From NCBI GenBank assembly GCA_963780225.1, contig CAWAAX010000001.1:1-49317 (forward strand): a stretch of DNA of 49,317 nt. The letters run 5' to 3'. Each line of letters begins with the position of its first letter. The stretch's first letter is position 1. This document shows, one piece after another, positions 40,421 through 49,317 of the stretch. A model generated the notes under the pieces. That model had not been told where the DNA came from and did not search any database. It saw only the letters and a list, made by a program, of their open reading frames with translations. The stretch is from an uncultured bacterium. Lineage in GTDB: Bacteria; Edwardsbacteria; AC1; EtOH8. The translations under genes and the position numbers were made by a program.

Positions 40421-40556
40421 AAATATCCAAATACGAAATACGAAATGCTAAACTCTAAACAAATTCAAATTCTCCAATTCCTTAAAACCTTGGACATTTT
40501 TACAATTAGAGTTTTATTTTTTTGAAATTGTTTAGAATTTCGTAATTAGGATTTAG
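40421..40556. repeat. AT-rich 7-nt-periodic inverted-repeat element overlapping the plsY stop
   Basis: AAATACGAAATACGAAATGCTAAACTCTAAACAAATTC / GAAATTGTTTAGAATTTCGTAATTAGGATTTAG. Confidence 0.7.
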
Positions 40557-41202
40557 TGCTTTCCTTTTCAGTTGGCTTCTTTGTAAAGGAGATCCTGTTC
40601 TCCTTACCATGCATCAGCCGCACGATGTTGGCCTTGTGGGTCACCAGTATCAGCAGAACCACGAACCAGCCCACCGCCAGCATCGGCGTAAAAGGATCTT
40701 CGCCCTTCAGTATCAACTGAACGGCCACCCCGATGGGAAAGACTATCGAGGCGCAGATGGAGCCCAGCGAAACATATCGGGTGATACCAAAGACCAGGGC
40801 AAAGACCAATAATGCCGCCACCAGCGGCAGTGGCGCCAGCCCCAGCATGGCCCCGGAAGCCGTGGCCACGCCCTTGCCGCCCTTGAACTTTAAGTACGGA
40901 GTGAAGACGTGCCCCAGAATGGCAGCCAGGGCGGCGGCAATGTGGAACCATTGCTGCTGGGGCGTGGCGACCGGCCAAAGCATTTGGACCAAGAGAACAG
41001 GCAGCAGGCCCTTTACGGCGTCCAGCAGGTAGACCGCAATCCCCGGGCCTTTGCCAATGACCCTTAGAACATTGGTGGCCCCCACGTTCTTGCTGCCGTA
41101 CTCCCGGATGTCGATCCCTTTTAGTATCTTTCCGGCCAGGTAGCCGAAGGGAATTCCTCCGGACAGGTAAGAGCCTATGATGAATAGTATTCTATATGGC
41201 AT
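40546..41202 (-). CDS. plsY: Glycerol-3-phosphate acyltransferase
   Basis: DIREYGSKNVGATNV, GHVF, FKGGKGVAT, HKANIVRL. Confidence 0.96.
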   Translation of the reverse strand: MPYRILFIIGSYLSGGIPFGYLAGKILKGIDIREYGSKNVGATNVLRVIGKGPGIAVYLLDAVKGLLPVLLVQMLWPVATPQQQWFHIAAALAAILGHVFTPYLKFKGGKGVATASGAMLGLAPLPLVAALLVFALVFGITRYVSLGSICASIVFPIGVAVQLILKGEDPFTPMLAVGWFVVLLILVTHKANIVRLMHGKENRISFTKKPTEKESTKS

Positions 41203-41248
41203 GTTTGCTCTCTTGTCGTATCAATTCGTACTACGAATTTTCAAGATA

Positions 41249-41393
41249 TTCCTTGTATTCCTGCCTGCCCGCCGACCTGTCCGCCGAAGCAGTTGCGTAG
41301 GAGGAAGCTTTAGCGACCGCTTACGCTATTACACCTACTGCCTCGTGCGCCTTAGCTACAGCGGTGGCGCAAGGAGGGGTTTCCTTACAGAAA
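41249..41393. repeat. TTCCTG-GTTTCCT repeat carrying a 115-bp nested insertion (41264-41378)
   Basis: Same junction as at 15114-15150; insert contains sub-elements also seen at 25864 and 29525. Confidence 0.75.
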
Positions 41394-41399
41394 TATGAT

Positions 41400-42788
41400 T
41401 TACTTGCTGTTTTCCAGTTCCGCCCGGAACTTAGGCCTCTTCCCAAAATCCAGCATCTGCCGCTTCTTCCAGCCCGAGGGCGCTTTGGACTTCTGGAACA
41501 TCAGCCTGATGGGCGTGCCGGTGATGGCCAGCCGGGTGTGCAGGCTGCTCTGGAGGTAACGGAGATAGTTGGTGGGTATCAGATTCGGCAGGTTGCTTTC
41601 TATCACGAACCGGGGCGGGGCCTGGCCCTCCTGTCTGATGGAGTAAAGGGTGATGTCCTTGCCCCTCACCGCCGGCGGGTGCAGTTTCTTGATGGTATCC
41701 TCAAAGGCCTGGACCACCACCGCCGGTTCAAAGACCTTGTTCCAGTGGTGATAGGCGTTAAGTATCTTCTGCAGCAGGTTAAAGACCCCGTCGTTGTTTA
41801 TGGCCGAGGTGAAGACGAATTCGGCGAAGTTGACAAACGCCAGCTGGCCTTTAAGCCAGCCCAGGTAATTGGCCTTGTTCTCTTCGGTCATCAGGTCCCA
41901 TTTGTTGATCACCACCACCAGGGCCTTGTTGGAGGTCTCCAGCATGGCCACCAAAGTGGTGTCCAGATGGGACAGCCCCTCGGAGCTGTCCAGCACCAGC
42001 ACCCCCACCTGGCAGCGCTCCACCGCCCGTTCGGTCCGCAGCCGGGTGTAGAATTCCACGTCGTCGTGGGCGCTGGTCTTGCGCCTTAGGCCGGCGGTGT
42101 CTATCAGCACGAATTCCTGGTCGTTCCAGTTGAAGATGGTGTCCACCGAATCCCTGGTGGTGCCCGGCACCGAATCCACTATCACCCGCTCCCGGCCCAC
42201 GATGGCGTTGACCAGCGAGGATTTTCCCACATTGGGCTTGCCCACGATGGCCACATGGACGGCCTTGTCATTAAGGTCCTTCTCCGGGCTGGGGGGCAGT
42301 TTATTGACCACATCGTCCAGCAGTTCGCCGATGGACAGGCCCGGACCGGCCGCTATCAACAAAGGTTCGCCCAGCCCCAGTTTCATGAACTCGTACGCCT
42401 CGGCCTCGTCCTTGGGCTTGTCCACCTTGTTGACCGCCAGCACAATGGGCTTCCCCTGCTTGCGGACCATCTTGGCTATCTGGGCGTCGGCGTCGGTCAT
42501 GCCGCTCTTGCGGTCCACCAGGAACAGCAGCAGATCCGCCTCTTCCATGGCCGCGTCCACCTGGCGCTTGATGGAGTTCTCCATCCGGTCCTTGGTGTTG
42601 GGCACCAGCCCGCCGGTATCGATCAGGTAAAAATATTTCCCGTTCCAGTCGGCTATGGCGTAGTTGCGGTCCCGGGTCACCCCGGGCATGTCGTCAACGA
42701 TGGCCTCCTTGGATTTAAGGATCCTGTTGAACAGGGTGGACTTGCCCACGTTGGGGCGTCCGATGATGGCTACGATGGGATAATTCAT
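41400..42788 (-). CDS. der: Ribosome biogenesis GTPase Der (EngA)
   Basis: Two G domains GRPNVGKST / GKPNVGKSS, GVTRD / GTTRD, KH-like tail. Confidence 0.97.
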   Translation of the reverse strand: MNYPIVAIIGRPNVGKSTLFNRILKSKEAIVDDMPGVTRDRNYAIADWNGKYFYLIDTGGLVPNTKDRMENSIKRQVDAAMEEADLLLFLVDRKSGMTDADAQIAKMVRKQGKPIVLAVNKVDKPKDEAEAYEFMKLGLGEPLLIAAGPGLSIGELLDDVVNKLPPSPEKDLNDKAVHVAIVGKPNVGKSSLVNAIVGRERVIVDSVPGTTRDSVDTIFNWNDQEFVLIDTAGLRRKTSAHDDVEFYTRLRTERAVERCQVGVLVLDSSEGLSHLDTTLVAMLETSNKALVVVINKWDLMTEENKANYLGWLKGQLAFVNFAEFVFTSAINNDGVFNLLQKILNAYHHWNKVFEPAVVVQAFEDTIKKLHPPAVRGKDITLYSIRQEGQAPPRFVIESNLPNLIPTNYLRYLQSSLHTRLAITGTPIRLMFQKSKAPSGWKKRQMLDFGKRPKFRAELENSK

Positions 42789-42903
42789 GTGGTTCCAGTC
42801 TGTTTATGCATGGTCAGATCCTGAATCTATCTAGGACGCTGATTAACGCGGATTAGTATTGATTATTATCATAAATGGGGACTAAGGCATCTTTTAAAAA
42901 TAT

Positions 42904-42931
42904 TTCCTGTCTTCCTGGTTTCCTTATAAAA
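42904..42931. repeat. TTCCTG-GTTTCCT repeat family, uninterrupted copy
   Basis: TTCCTGTCTTCCTGGTTTCCTTATAAAA. Confidence 0.75.
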
Positions 42932-42948
42932 TAACAGCGTCGTCTATG

Positions 42949-43374
42949 CTATTTTCTCAGTTCCCTGGCCTTCTGGTATATGGCCTGGTTCTGCTCGATG
43001 TATTCCGGGGTCAGCGTCAGGCCGTGGGCGTAGGGCTTGCCCTGCTGGTCGATGGTGACGAAGGTGGCGAAGCTGGTGACGTAGGGCACGGTTTCCTGAT
43101 TTGCGAAGACCTGTCCGTAGACCGTCAGGCTCTTCTGTCCCAGGTAGGCCAGCTGGGATTCCACCCGGATGATGTCGCCCCGCCGGGCCGGCTTGATGAA
43201 GCTCATCCCGTGGACCTGGACGCAGACCACGTCCTCCGGCCTCTTCACCGCCTGGGCCGCGCAGATGAAACAGGCCTCCACCATCCATTCGGACATCCGC
43301 CCGGCGAACAAAGTTCCGTGGTGGTTCAGGTCCTCGTATTTTACCAGGTGGGATATGGAAGTTCTCTCAGTCAT
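42949..43374 (-). CDS. Acyl-CoA thioesterase (hotdog fold)
   Basis: DLNHHGTLFAG, FIKPARRGD, TFVTIDQQGKP. Confidence 0.88.
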   Translation of the reverse strand: MTERTSISHLVKYEDLNHHGTLFAGRMSEWMVEACFICAAQAVKRPEDVVCVQVHGMSFIKPARRGDIIRVESQLAYLGQKSLTVYGQVFANQETVPYVTSFATFVTIDQQGKPYAHGLTLTPEYIEQNQAIYQKARELRK

Positions 43375-43382
43375 TGTAAGAC

Positions 43383-44033
43383 CTATCCTTTCGCCTGAAC
43401 CCCGCCTTGGCGCTTGCGTTTAAAGTACTCTATCACCGCAGGCATCACCGATATTATGACGATGGCCAGGATCACCAGGCTGAAATTCTTCTTGATATAG
43501 GGCATATTGCCGAAGTAATAACCCAGCCAGCCGAAGATGTTGATCCAGAGAATGCCCCCGACCACGTTGTATGACATGAAACGCCAGTAGGACATGGTGC
43601 CGATGCCGGCCACGAACGGGGCAAAGGTGCGGACGAAGGGCATGAAACGGGCCAGGATGATGGTGATCCCCCCGTACTTCTCGTAAAAGGCGTGGGCCTC
43701 CATCAGGTGCTTCTTGTTGAGCAGTTTCACGTTCTCCTTCTGGAATATCTTCGGCCCCACCCAGTATCCTATCCAGTAATTGACCGTGTCCCCGGCCACC
43801 GCCGCCAGGCACATCAGGATGATCAGCCACTTGATGTCCAGCGCCCCCAGCGCTGCCAGGGCCCCGGCGGCGAAGATCAGGGAATCCCCCGGCAGGAACG
43901 GCAGCACCACCAGCCCGGTCTCGCAGAAAATGATGGCGAAAAGTATCAGATAGGTCCAGGTCCCATAGTTCTGAATTATAGTGGTCAGGTACTTGTCCAG
44001 GTGGATGAAAATGTCGATGAATTGTAAGATCAT
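43383..44033 (-). CDS. DedA family membrane protein
   Basis: [30 protein letters not shown]. Confidence 0.95.
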   Translation of the reverse strand: MILQFIDIFIHLDKYLTTIIQNYGTWTYLILFAIIFCETGLVVLPFLPGDSLIFAAGALAALGALDIKWLIILMCLAAVAGDTVNYWIGYWVGPKIFQKENVKLLNKKHLMEAHAFYEKYGGITIILARFMPFVRTFAPFVAGIGTMSYWRFMSYNVVGGILWINIFGWLGYYFGNMPYIKKNFSLVILAIVIISVMPAVIEYFKRKRQGGVQAKG

Positions 44034-44794
44034 ATCCTTCCTCTGAGTTTGGACCAGGCCAGTCCCAGGTATTCGTGGAACAGGGTCTCGGCCGCTATGA
44101 TATTGTCTGAATTGGGGAACACCCGGTTAGGTTTGAATTTTGGTTCATCCTTGACCAGAAAATGGGTGGGTGCGGGGATTAATGCCACCCCCTGCTTTCT
44201 GAACAGGGCAACCGAACGCATCATATGGGCGGCCGATGTCACCAGGACCACTGTATCTCCTTTAACCATTCCTTTAACCAATCGGGCCTCATCATCGGTA
44301 TCCAATGATTTATCCTCCAGGCTGATCGCAGAATCTGGGATGCCCAGTTGTCCAGCCAATCCGGCCATTCCATAGGCCTCGGACTGGGTATCAAATACCG
44401 CGCCTCCGGAGAAGATGAGTTTGGATCCCTTAATTTGCCGCCAGATCCTGATGCCTTCTATGGTGCGGATGGCCGAGCCCTCGGTCAATTGTGAGGTCAG
44501 GGGGACTTTAAGATCGCTGGTCATGCCCGCACCCAGCACCACCACCCATTTGGCCCCGGTGGCGTTGGAGTCATCAAACAATGGATATTTACGCTCCAAC
44601 CCTTTGAGCAGGCTGTTTCCGATCAATCCGTAACCGGTAAAAATAAATACAATAACTCCCACCGAAATGAGCCATAGCCCTGCTTTTTTATGTTTTTCCC
44701 GCCATAATAAGATTAACCCCGAGATCAAAAAAAACAGGATAAGGGTCATCGGATTAAGAGTATAGCTTAATATTTTCTTGAGCAGGAACAGCAT
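44030..44794 (-). CDS. ElyC/YdcF (DUF218) envelope biogenesis factor
   Basis: [36 protein letters not shown]. Confidence 0.9.
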   Translation of the reverse strand: MLFLLKKILSYTLNPMTLILFFLISGLILLWREKHKKAGLWLISVGVIVFIFTGYGLIGNSLLKGLERKYPLFDDSNATGAKWVVVLGAGMTSDLKVPLTSQLTEGSAIRTIEGIRIWRQIKGSKLIFSGGAVFDTQSEAYGMAGLAGQLGIPDSAISLEDKSLDTDDEARLVKGMVKGDTVVLVTSAAHMMRSVALFRKQGVALIPAPTHFLVKDEPKFKPNRVFPNSDNIIAAETLFHEYLGLAWSKLRGRI

Positions 44795-44860
44795 GGTTTT
44801 TATCTTTACTTTAAGAGATGTTTTAACTAAGAGACATAACTATAATTATGCAAGTGGGTT

Positions 44861-44889
44861 ATGATAACATAATAAATCCAGAAAGTCAA
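44861..44889 (-). promoter_or_regulatory. sigma70-type promoter
   Basis: TTGACT-17 nt-TATCAT with extended -10 TG. Confidence 0.55.
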
Positions 44890-44902
44890 GCTAATTTTAA
44901 TG

Positions 44903-44932
44903 ACAAAAGGGAGCGTAAAACGCTCCCTTTTG
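44903..44932. terminator. Bidirectional intrinsic terminator
   Basis: ACAAAAGGGAGCGT-AA-AACGCTCCCTTTTGT, downstream of the CsgG/TPR gene. Confidence 0.85.
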
Positions 44933-44955
44933 TTTGAAAACAGGTCATTATAAAT

Positions 44956-45957
44956 CTATTGCACCAGTCCCCTGCGGTAAGCATTGCGTACACCGGCCTG
45001 ATCCTGAATATAGGTTTCATTGGCAGGGTCCAGGTCAGAGGCTTTCTTGTAGGATTCCAGGGCCTTGTCATAGCTGCCCAGGGCTTCGTAGGCCACCCCT
45101 ATGTTGTGCCACAGCCCCGGATCGCCGGGCAGGGATGAGGCCGAACGCTCCCATATCTCAGCCGCCCGTTGCCATTCTCCGGCCTTGGCATACTTGCTGC
45201 CAATGTCATTGGGATCGGCCTTGCTCTTGATCAGTTTTTTGGCAACGTTGACATAATGTGGGGAGATGTCGCTCACAAAAGCATCGGTTACCTCGTTCAG
45301 CAGGCCGCTCAATATCTGGTCGTCTCCGGGAATGTTATCCTTGAACCACTTGTTATAGCTGGCCGACTGGGACTTGCTGGCCACCACCTTGCCCGATACT
45401 ATGTCGATCAGGCGGTAGTTGATGGAAACCGTCCCGCTCTTGGTGGTCCGTTCCTCGTCCACCAGCACAGTTTTCATGATCTCCTCTTTGACCTTGTAGG
45501 TCTTGTCGCTGAAGGGTTTCTTTTTGACCACCTCTTCGTAGCGGCCGGTGCCCTCCTTGCGCTCTACCTTCTCGGTCCGCCGGGAGGTCTCCACCCTGTA
45601 GGCCAGTATCTCGCCGGTGATGATGGCGTCTACCCCCAGCAGGCCGCCCAGCTCCTTGACAGTATTGGGGTCCACCGCCCCGGTCAGGTTGAACTTGTGC
45701 TCGGACATCACCGAATTGATCTTCTCCCTCTCCATCATCTCGTAATATCCCTGCTCGGCCAGCTTGGAGACCAGCACATTGCCCACTCCCGGACCCAGGT
45801 TGCGGTTGTAGGGATCGACGAAGTCTACCACCGCCACCCGCTTGATGGCCGGGATCTCCAGCCGGGGTTTTTCGGTCCGGCGGATGGCCACCAACACCGG
45901 TCCGCAGGAAACAACAGCCAGAACAATGATTGCAGCCAATGCCAGATATTTCTTCAT
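44956..45957 (-). CDS. CsgG/HfaB-like lipoprotein with C-terminal TPR repeats
   Basis: Lipobox VVSC; RVAVVDF, MMERE, ELGGLLGVDAIITG, YRLIDIVSGKVV; TPR WHNIGVAYEALG. Confidence 0.8.
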   Translation of the reverse strand: MKKYLALAAIIVLAVVSCGPVLVAIRRTEKPRLEIPAIKRVAVVDFVDPYNRNLGPGVGNVLVSKLAEQGYYEMMEREKINSVMSEHKFNLTGAVDPNTVKELGGLLGVDAIITGEILAYRVETSRRTEKVERKEGTGRYEEVVKKKPFSDKTYKVKEEIMKTVLVDEERTTKSGTVSINYRLIDIVSGKVVASKSQSASYNKWFKDNIPGDDQILSGLLNEVTDAFVSDISPHYVNVAKKLIKSKADPNDIGSKYAKAGEWQRAAEIWERSASSLPGDPGLWHNIGVAYEALGSYDKALESYKKASDLDPANETYIQDQAGVRNAYRRGLVQ

Positions 45958-45974
45958 TAAGCTCTCCGTTATTA

Positions 45975-46079
45975 TTTAACCACAAAGACACAAAGAACGC
46001 AAAGTTGAAAAGCTCTGTATCATTCCCGCCACCGCAAGAAGGCTCATATAGGCGGGTCGCCTTTGTGCCGGGTGGCAAA
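45975..46079. repeat. ACCACAAAGACACAAAG-type element with degenerate inverted end and internal hairpin
   Basis: Left AACCACAAAGACACAAAG; right CTTTGTGCCGGGTGGCAAA; inner CCCGCC...GGCGGG. Confidence 0.55.
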
Positions 46080-46082
46080 GTT

Positions 46083-46865
46083 CTACTGTTTGCGTCCCAG
46101 TTTCATATCGCGTTCCTGGTTCCAGCGGACCCATTCGTCCTGGCTGTCAATAATAGGATTGAAGTTGACTATGCCATAGGTGCCGTCGGCATTGATGGTG
46201 ATCTCCATCTGGGCTTTGACGATCTGAACCCACTGCTCCAGCTTGACCTCCACCGGTCCGGCTATCTCCTGCGGGCCCTCGATCTCCCCTTCCCGGCCGC
46301 CCTGCTTCTTCTTCTGGTTGGCAAAGAAGTCGGGGTTGACCACCACCTTGACCTCGCCCTGGTATACTGCCACTTTGGTGCTGCTGTCGGGCATCACCGA
46401 CATCCGGTAGATCGTGCCCCGGACCGCGGCCACCGCAGTGGGCGATTCCAACTCGAATTTGCTCTTCTTGCTGACCTTGTTGACGTTGGCCCAGACCTTG
46501 CCGCTCCAGACCTTGCCCGTGGCCGTCAGCCCCTTCTTGGAGTCCTTCTTCAGCTCGTCAATGGCCAGCTGGGTGTTGGCGTCCACCCGGATGATGCTGC
46601 CGTCCGAAAAAGCTATCTCGGCCCGGGCGTCCTCGGTGCTCTTGACCTTTTCCCCGGCCGCCAGGGGCTGGTCAAAGGTTACTTTTTTCCAGTCGTTCTT
46701 CTCCGGCTTCTGGGTCTTGACGTCGCCCACCACGAAGGATACCTTGGCCACCGGGGTGGCCTTGGCGGTAAGCTGGACTGTGGTGACCGTCAGACTGACC
46801 AGCAAAACCGCGGCCAGCAGCCACAGCAGGCCGGCGTTGTTTTTATTGATTCCGGACATCTTCAT
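46083..46865 (-). CDS. FecR-domain secreted protein
   Basis: Signal peptide; GEKVKSTEDARAEIAFSDGSIIRV, SPTAVAAVRGT, VAVYQGEVKV. Confidence 0.88.
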   Translation of the reverse strand: MKMSGINKNNAGLLWLLAAVLLVSLTVTTVQLTAKATPVAKVSFVVGDVKTQKPEKNDWKKVTFDQPLAAGEKVKSTEDARAEIAFSDGSIIRVDANTQLAIDELKKDSKKGLTATGKVWSGKVWANVNKVSKKSKFELESPTAVAAVRGTIYRMSVMPDSSTKVAVYQGEVKVVVNPDFFANQKKKQGGREGEIEGPQEIAGPVEVKLEQWVQIVKAQMEITINADGTYGIVNFNPIIDSQDEWVRWNQERDMKLGRKQ

Positions 46866-46877
46866 TCTCCCTTATTG

Positions 46878-48047
46878 TTAGTTTGCCGGCCGGACCTTTT
46901 TGGCCGTCAGCCTGAGGTTGATGCGGTTGGCGGTCCGGCTGAGTATCTTGACCGAAAATTTGGTGAAATTCTTGTAAAGCAGTTCCTGGGCCAGCTGGCT
47001 GCTGTTGAATTTGGTCTCCACCTCCACCAGGCCGGTGTTGCCGGTGATCTCCCGGTCATTGACCGCCTTGACCCCCCGGACCTCGTATTTCAGGACGTTG
47101 ACCAGCTCCTGGTACAGGTCGTAATTTGAGGCCCCGGTAACGTTCAGGGTGACGGTGTTTCCGCCCCGGGCGAATTTCTTGACGATCTCTTCGGCCAGAT
47201 AATCGGCCAGCTTGGCGGAGGCCTGCTCAATGGCCTTGGTGCCGCCGGTGATCTCCTCGATGTGCACCGCCCGCCCGGTCTCCACCTTGGACACCAGGAT
47301 CCGTCCGTCGTCGGTGTTAAAGGCTTTGACCGAGACCGTGGCCTGGATGGACTTCATCCCGCCCAGCATGTCGTTGGCCACCGTGGCCTCCTTGGCAAAG
47401 GATTTTCCGGTGATGATCACCTCGGCCCCGGCCCGTTCCCCAATGAAGGCCGCCGCCTGGGCGTCCCCGTCCAAAGCCGCCAGGGCCTTGTCCCGGCGGA
47501 TGCTCTTCTCGGCGGTCTCGGGATCCACAAAGTCAAACCCCTTGTTGCGCATGGCTTCTATGATGGTGTTTTCGGCCGTGCCCAGCTGGGCGTCTATCCC
47601 GCCGATGGCCGAACTCCCCACGTTGCTTTCGGTGATCAGCACCATCAGCTTGGGATTGCCGGCGCCGCGGATGATGTCGGCCATGTCCTCCTTGATGGCG
47701 CCGGAGCGCACCAGGGCCTTGACCTTGACGTTGTAGCTTAAGCCGCCGTCGGCCTCGCCCTCGCTGATTATGGAATAGTTCTTGATGTAGCCCTTGGCTT
47801 TGGAATAGATGTTATCCTCCACCACCATGGCGTTCTCCACTATGGTACTGGAGCTGATCACCGCCCCGGTCACCTGCTCCACCGCGTTGCGCAGGGCATC
47901 CTGGATGGCCACATCCCGGGCCTGGGCCTTGTCGCCGTTCAATACCGAAGCGGTGCCATCGGTGGTGATGGTTTGGGTTGCCTCCTGGGCTGCCGCCAGG
48001 CCGGAGAACATCAGAAGAGCCAGGCTAAAGTATAATATTTTTTTCAT
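46878..48047 (-). CDS. Secreted protein with FlgT N-terminal-like domain and CsgG-like middle domain
   Basis: ARDVAIQDALRNAVEQVTGAVISS, KAKGYIKNY; GAEVIITGK...SVKAFNTDDGRIL. Confidence 0.75.
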   Translation of the reverse strand: MKKILYFSLALLMFSGLAAAQEATQTITTDGTASVLNGDKAQARDVAIQDALRNAVEQVTGAVISSSTIVENAMVVEDNIYSKAKGYIKNYSIISEGEADGGLSYNVKVKALVRSGAIKEDMADIIRGAGNPKLMVLITESNVGSSAIGGIDAQLGTAENTIIEAMRNKGFDFVDPETAEKSIRRDKALAALDGDAQAAAFIGERAGAEVIITGKSFAKEATVANDMLGGMKSIQATVSVKAFNTDDGRILVSKVETGRAVHIEEITGGTKAIEQASAKLADYLAEEIVKKFARGGNTVTLNVTGASNYDLYQELVNVLKYEVRGVKAVNDREITGNTGLVEVETKFNSSQLAQELLYKNFTKFSVKILSRTANRINLRLTAKKVRPAN

Positions 48048-48100
48048 TTTGTATATGGAGTCCTTTCGTAGTTAATAATATCATGTCTTTTGATCACATG

Positions 48101-48186
48101 AACCTCTCCCTTTCCCCCTCCCCTCGAGAGCCTGCCCCAAGATACGCTTTTATGGTGGCTATGAGGTGGGAGGGATGGGTGGGGTT
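48101..48186. repeat. Polypyrimidine/polypurine hairpin with an insert in its loop
   Basis: AACCTCTCCC-TTTC-CCCCTCCCC...GGGAGGG-ATGGGTGGGGTT flanking GAGCCTGCCCCAAGATAC... Confidence 0.55.
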
Positions 48187-48263
48187 ATACAAGCCAACAG
48201 TCAAAAGGGAGAACGGCGTTTTAAAAAATTTCCTTTTAAAAGGCTCGCTCTCCCTTTTATGCA

Positions 48264-48358
48264 TTGTCATCCTGAGAATAGCTTCTTGTTTAGCAAGCCG
48301 AAGGATAATCTGTGGATTCTTCGGAAGCGGAGCAATAGGGCTAACCTCAGAATGACAA
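48264..48358. repeat. REP/REPIN-like element with 13-bp terminal inverted repeats
   Basis: TTGTCATCCTGAG...CTCAGAATGACAA (one mismatch); inner CCGAAGGA...TTCTTCGG. Confidence 0.7.
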
Positions 48359-48366
48359 AAAAGAGG

Positions 48367-49201
48367 TTACTGTTTCAGGACTATGATCACCCGGCAGTTG
48401 TCGTAGATGTCGGTGTTGTCGGCGATCACCGCCACATTCTGCACGTCGTTGTCGGAGATGATCAGGTCGGCCTTGTTAAGCCCCGATGATTTGACGGCCT
48501 TGACCACCAGCGGATTGCTGCCCACCCGGGCGGCGTTGGCCCTGGCTTCTTCCATGGTCTTGGCGTAGACCACCACGCCGTTCTTGACGGCTGATTCCCG
48601 GGGAACGAAATCTTCCCCGTAGATTCCCTCGCCCGATTCATCCAGGATGTTGGGCACCATGGCCGGCATAGCATCAGTGGAAGAACCATCTATGATCAGG
48701 CCGGTGTAGGTCTGGGGCTCCTGGGCATTGAAGCTGGAAGGCAGGTCTGGCATAGGTCGGGGTCTTGCCGCCCATCTGCTCGGGATAAAGCACGTCGCCC
48801 ACCTTGCCGGTTAGAAGCATCTCCATGTCCACTTCCACCGAGCCATCCGACATGTAACGGGGCTTGGAGGTAAAGCGGAAGTTCTTGACGATGCCTTCCA
48901 CCTGGGTCTTGATGATGTCGGAGCTCATCATGGCGTTCTCCACCGTGGTCTCGGAGGTCAGCAGCACGCCGTTGAGGGTCTCGATCATGTTGCGCATGGC
49001 GTCCAGCTGGGCGGCCCGCAGGGCGTTCTTGCGCTGGGCCGAGGGCGGAAGCTTGGGATTAAGGGCCCCGATGCCGGTGGATTTGACCGACTGGTCGGTC
49101 CAGTCTACCATGCCGGCGCCCTGGATGTTCTGTTCCACCTGGGCCAAAGCCAGAGAGGCAAAGCCAAGTATGGCCAGCAAGGCCAAAGTTTTCTTAAACA
49201 T
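48367..49201 (-). pseudogene. LPP20-like secreted protein split by a +1 frameshift near 48752 (pseudogene or sequencing error)
   Basis: N-half ALRAAQLDAMRNMIETLNGV...SETTV; C-half YTGLIIDG...PNILDE...RVGSNPLVVKA...CRVIIV; removing 1 nt gives a 277-aa ORF; AAGGAG RBS upstream. Confidence 0.75.
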
Positions 49202-49317
49202 TTAAATTATGCTCCTTATATTTGATTTACCGGAAATTGCTAAAGCAAAATATTCAGGGGTTCACCGCGTTTAAATGTCACCACCTCCCGTCAATAAAAT
49301 ATTTATTTAGTTATTAC

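Noticed and set aside
45169..47741. Long plus-strand ORFs (263, 399 and 174 aa)
   Set aside because: Antisense shadows of GC3-rich minus-strand genes; no motifs of their own

Overview
About 49 kb of chromosome from a diderm bacterium. The lipid A acyltransferase, three Omp85-family proteins and a PorU-like C25 protein with a YNYPNPF C-terminal motif suggest an FCB-group or related candidate lineage (inference). Every credible gene lies on the minus strand. Most are housekeeping genes: rimO, dprA, obgE, coaD, rsmD, apt, surE-pcm, uvrC, deoC, gpsA-plsY-der and two tRNA-Pro. Points of interest: (1) a >1,230-aa C25/PorU-like ORF missed by the ORF track, preceded by a consensus promoter and a ~190-nt leader with terminator, anti-terminator and anti-anti-terminator pairings (candidate cis-regulatory switch). 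(2) Intergenic regions densely colonised by several families of short palindromic or periodic repeats. These are repeatedly inserted into one another and into existing hairpins, with empty and filled alleles both in the window, and no mobilising enzyme was recognised. (3) A duplicated tRNA-Pro 3' half whose T-arm is replaced by a foreign hairpin. (4) Two HExxH-peptidase/beta-propeller/Omp85 proteins and a stand-alone TamB-C-terminus-like mini-protein. (5) An internally deleted PilB/GspE remnant. (6) An uncharacterised LPP20-like/FlgT-N/FecR/CsgG-TPR envelope cluster. Three +1 frameshifts may be sequencing errors. Family assignments come from recognising motifs by eye; no database search was run.
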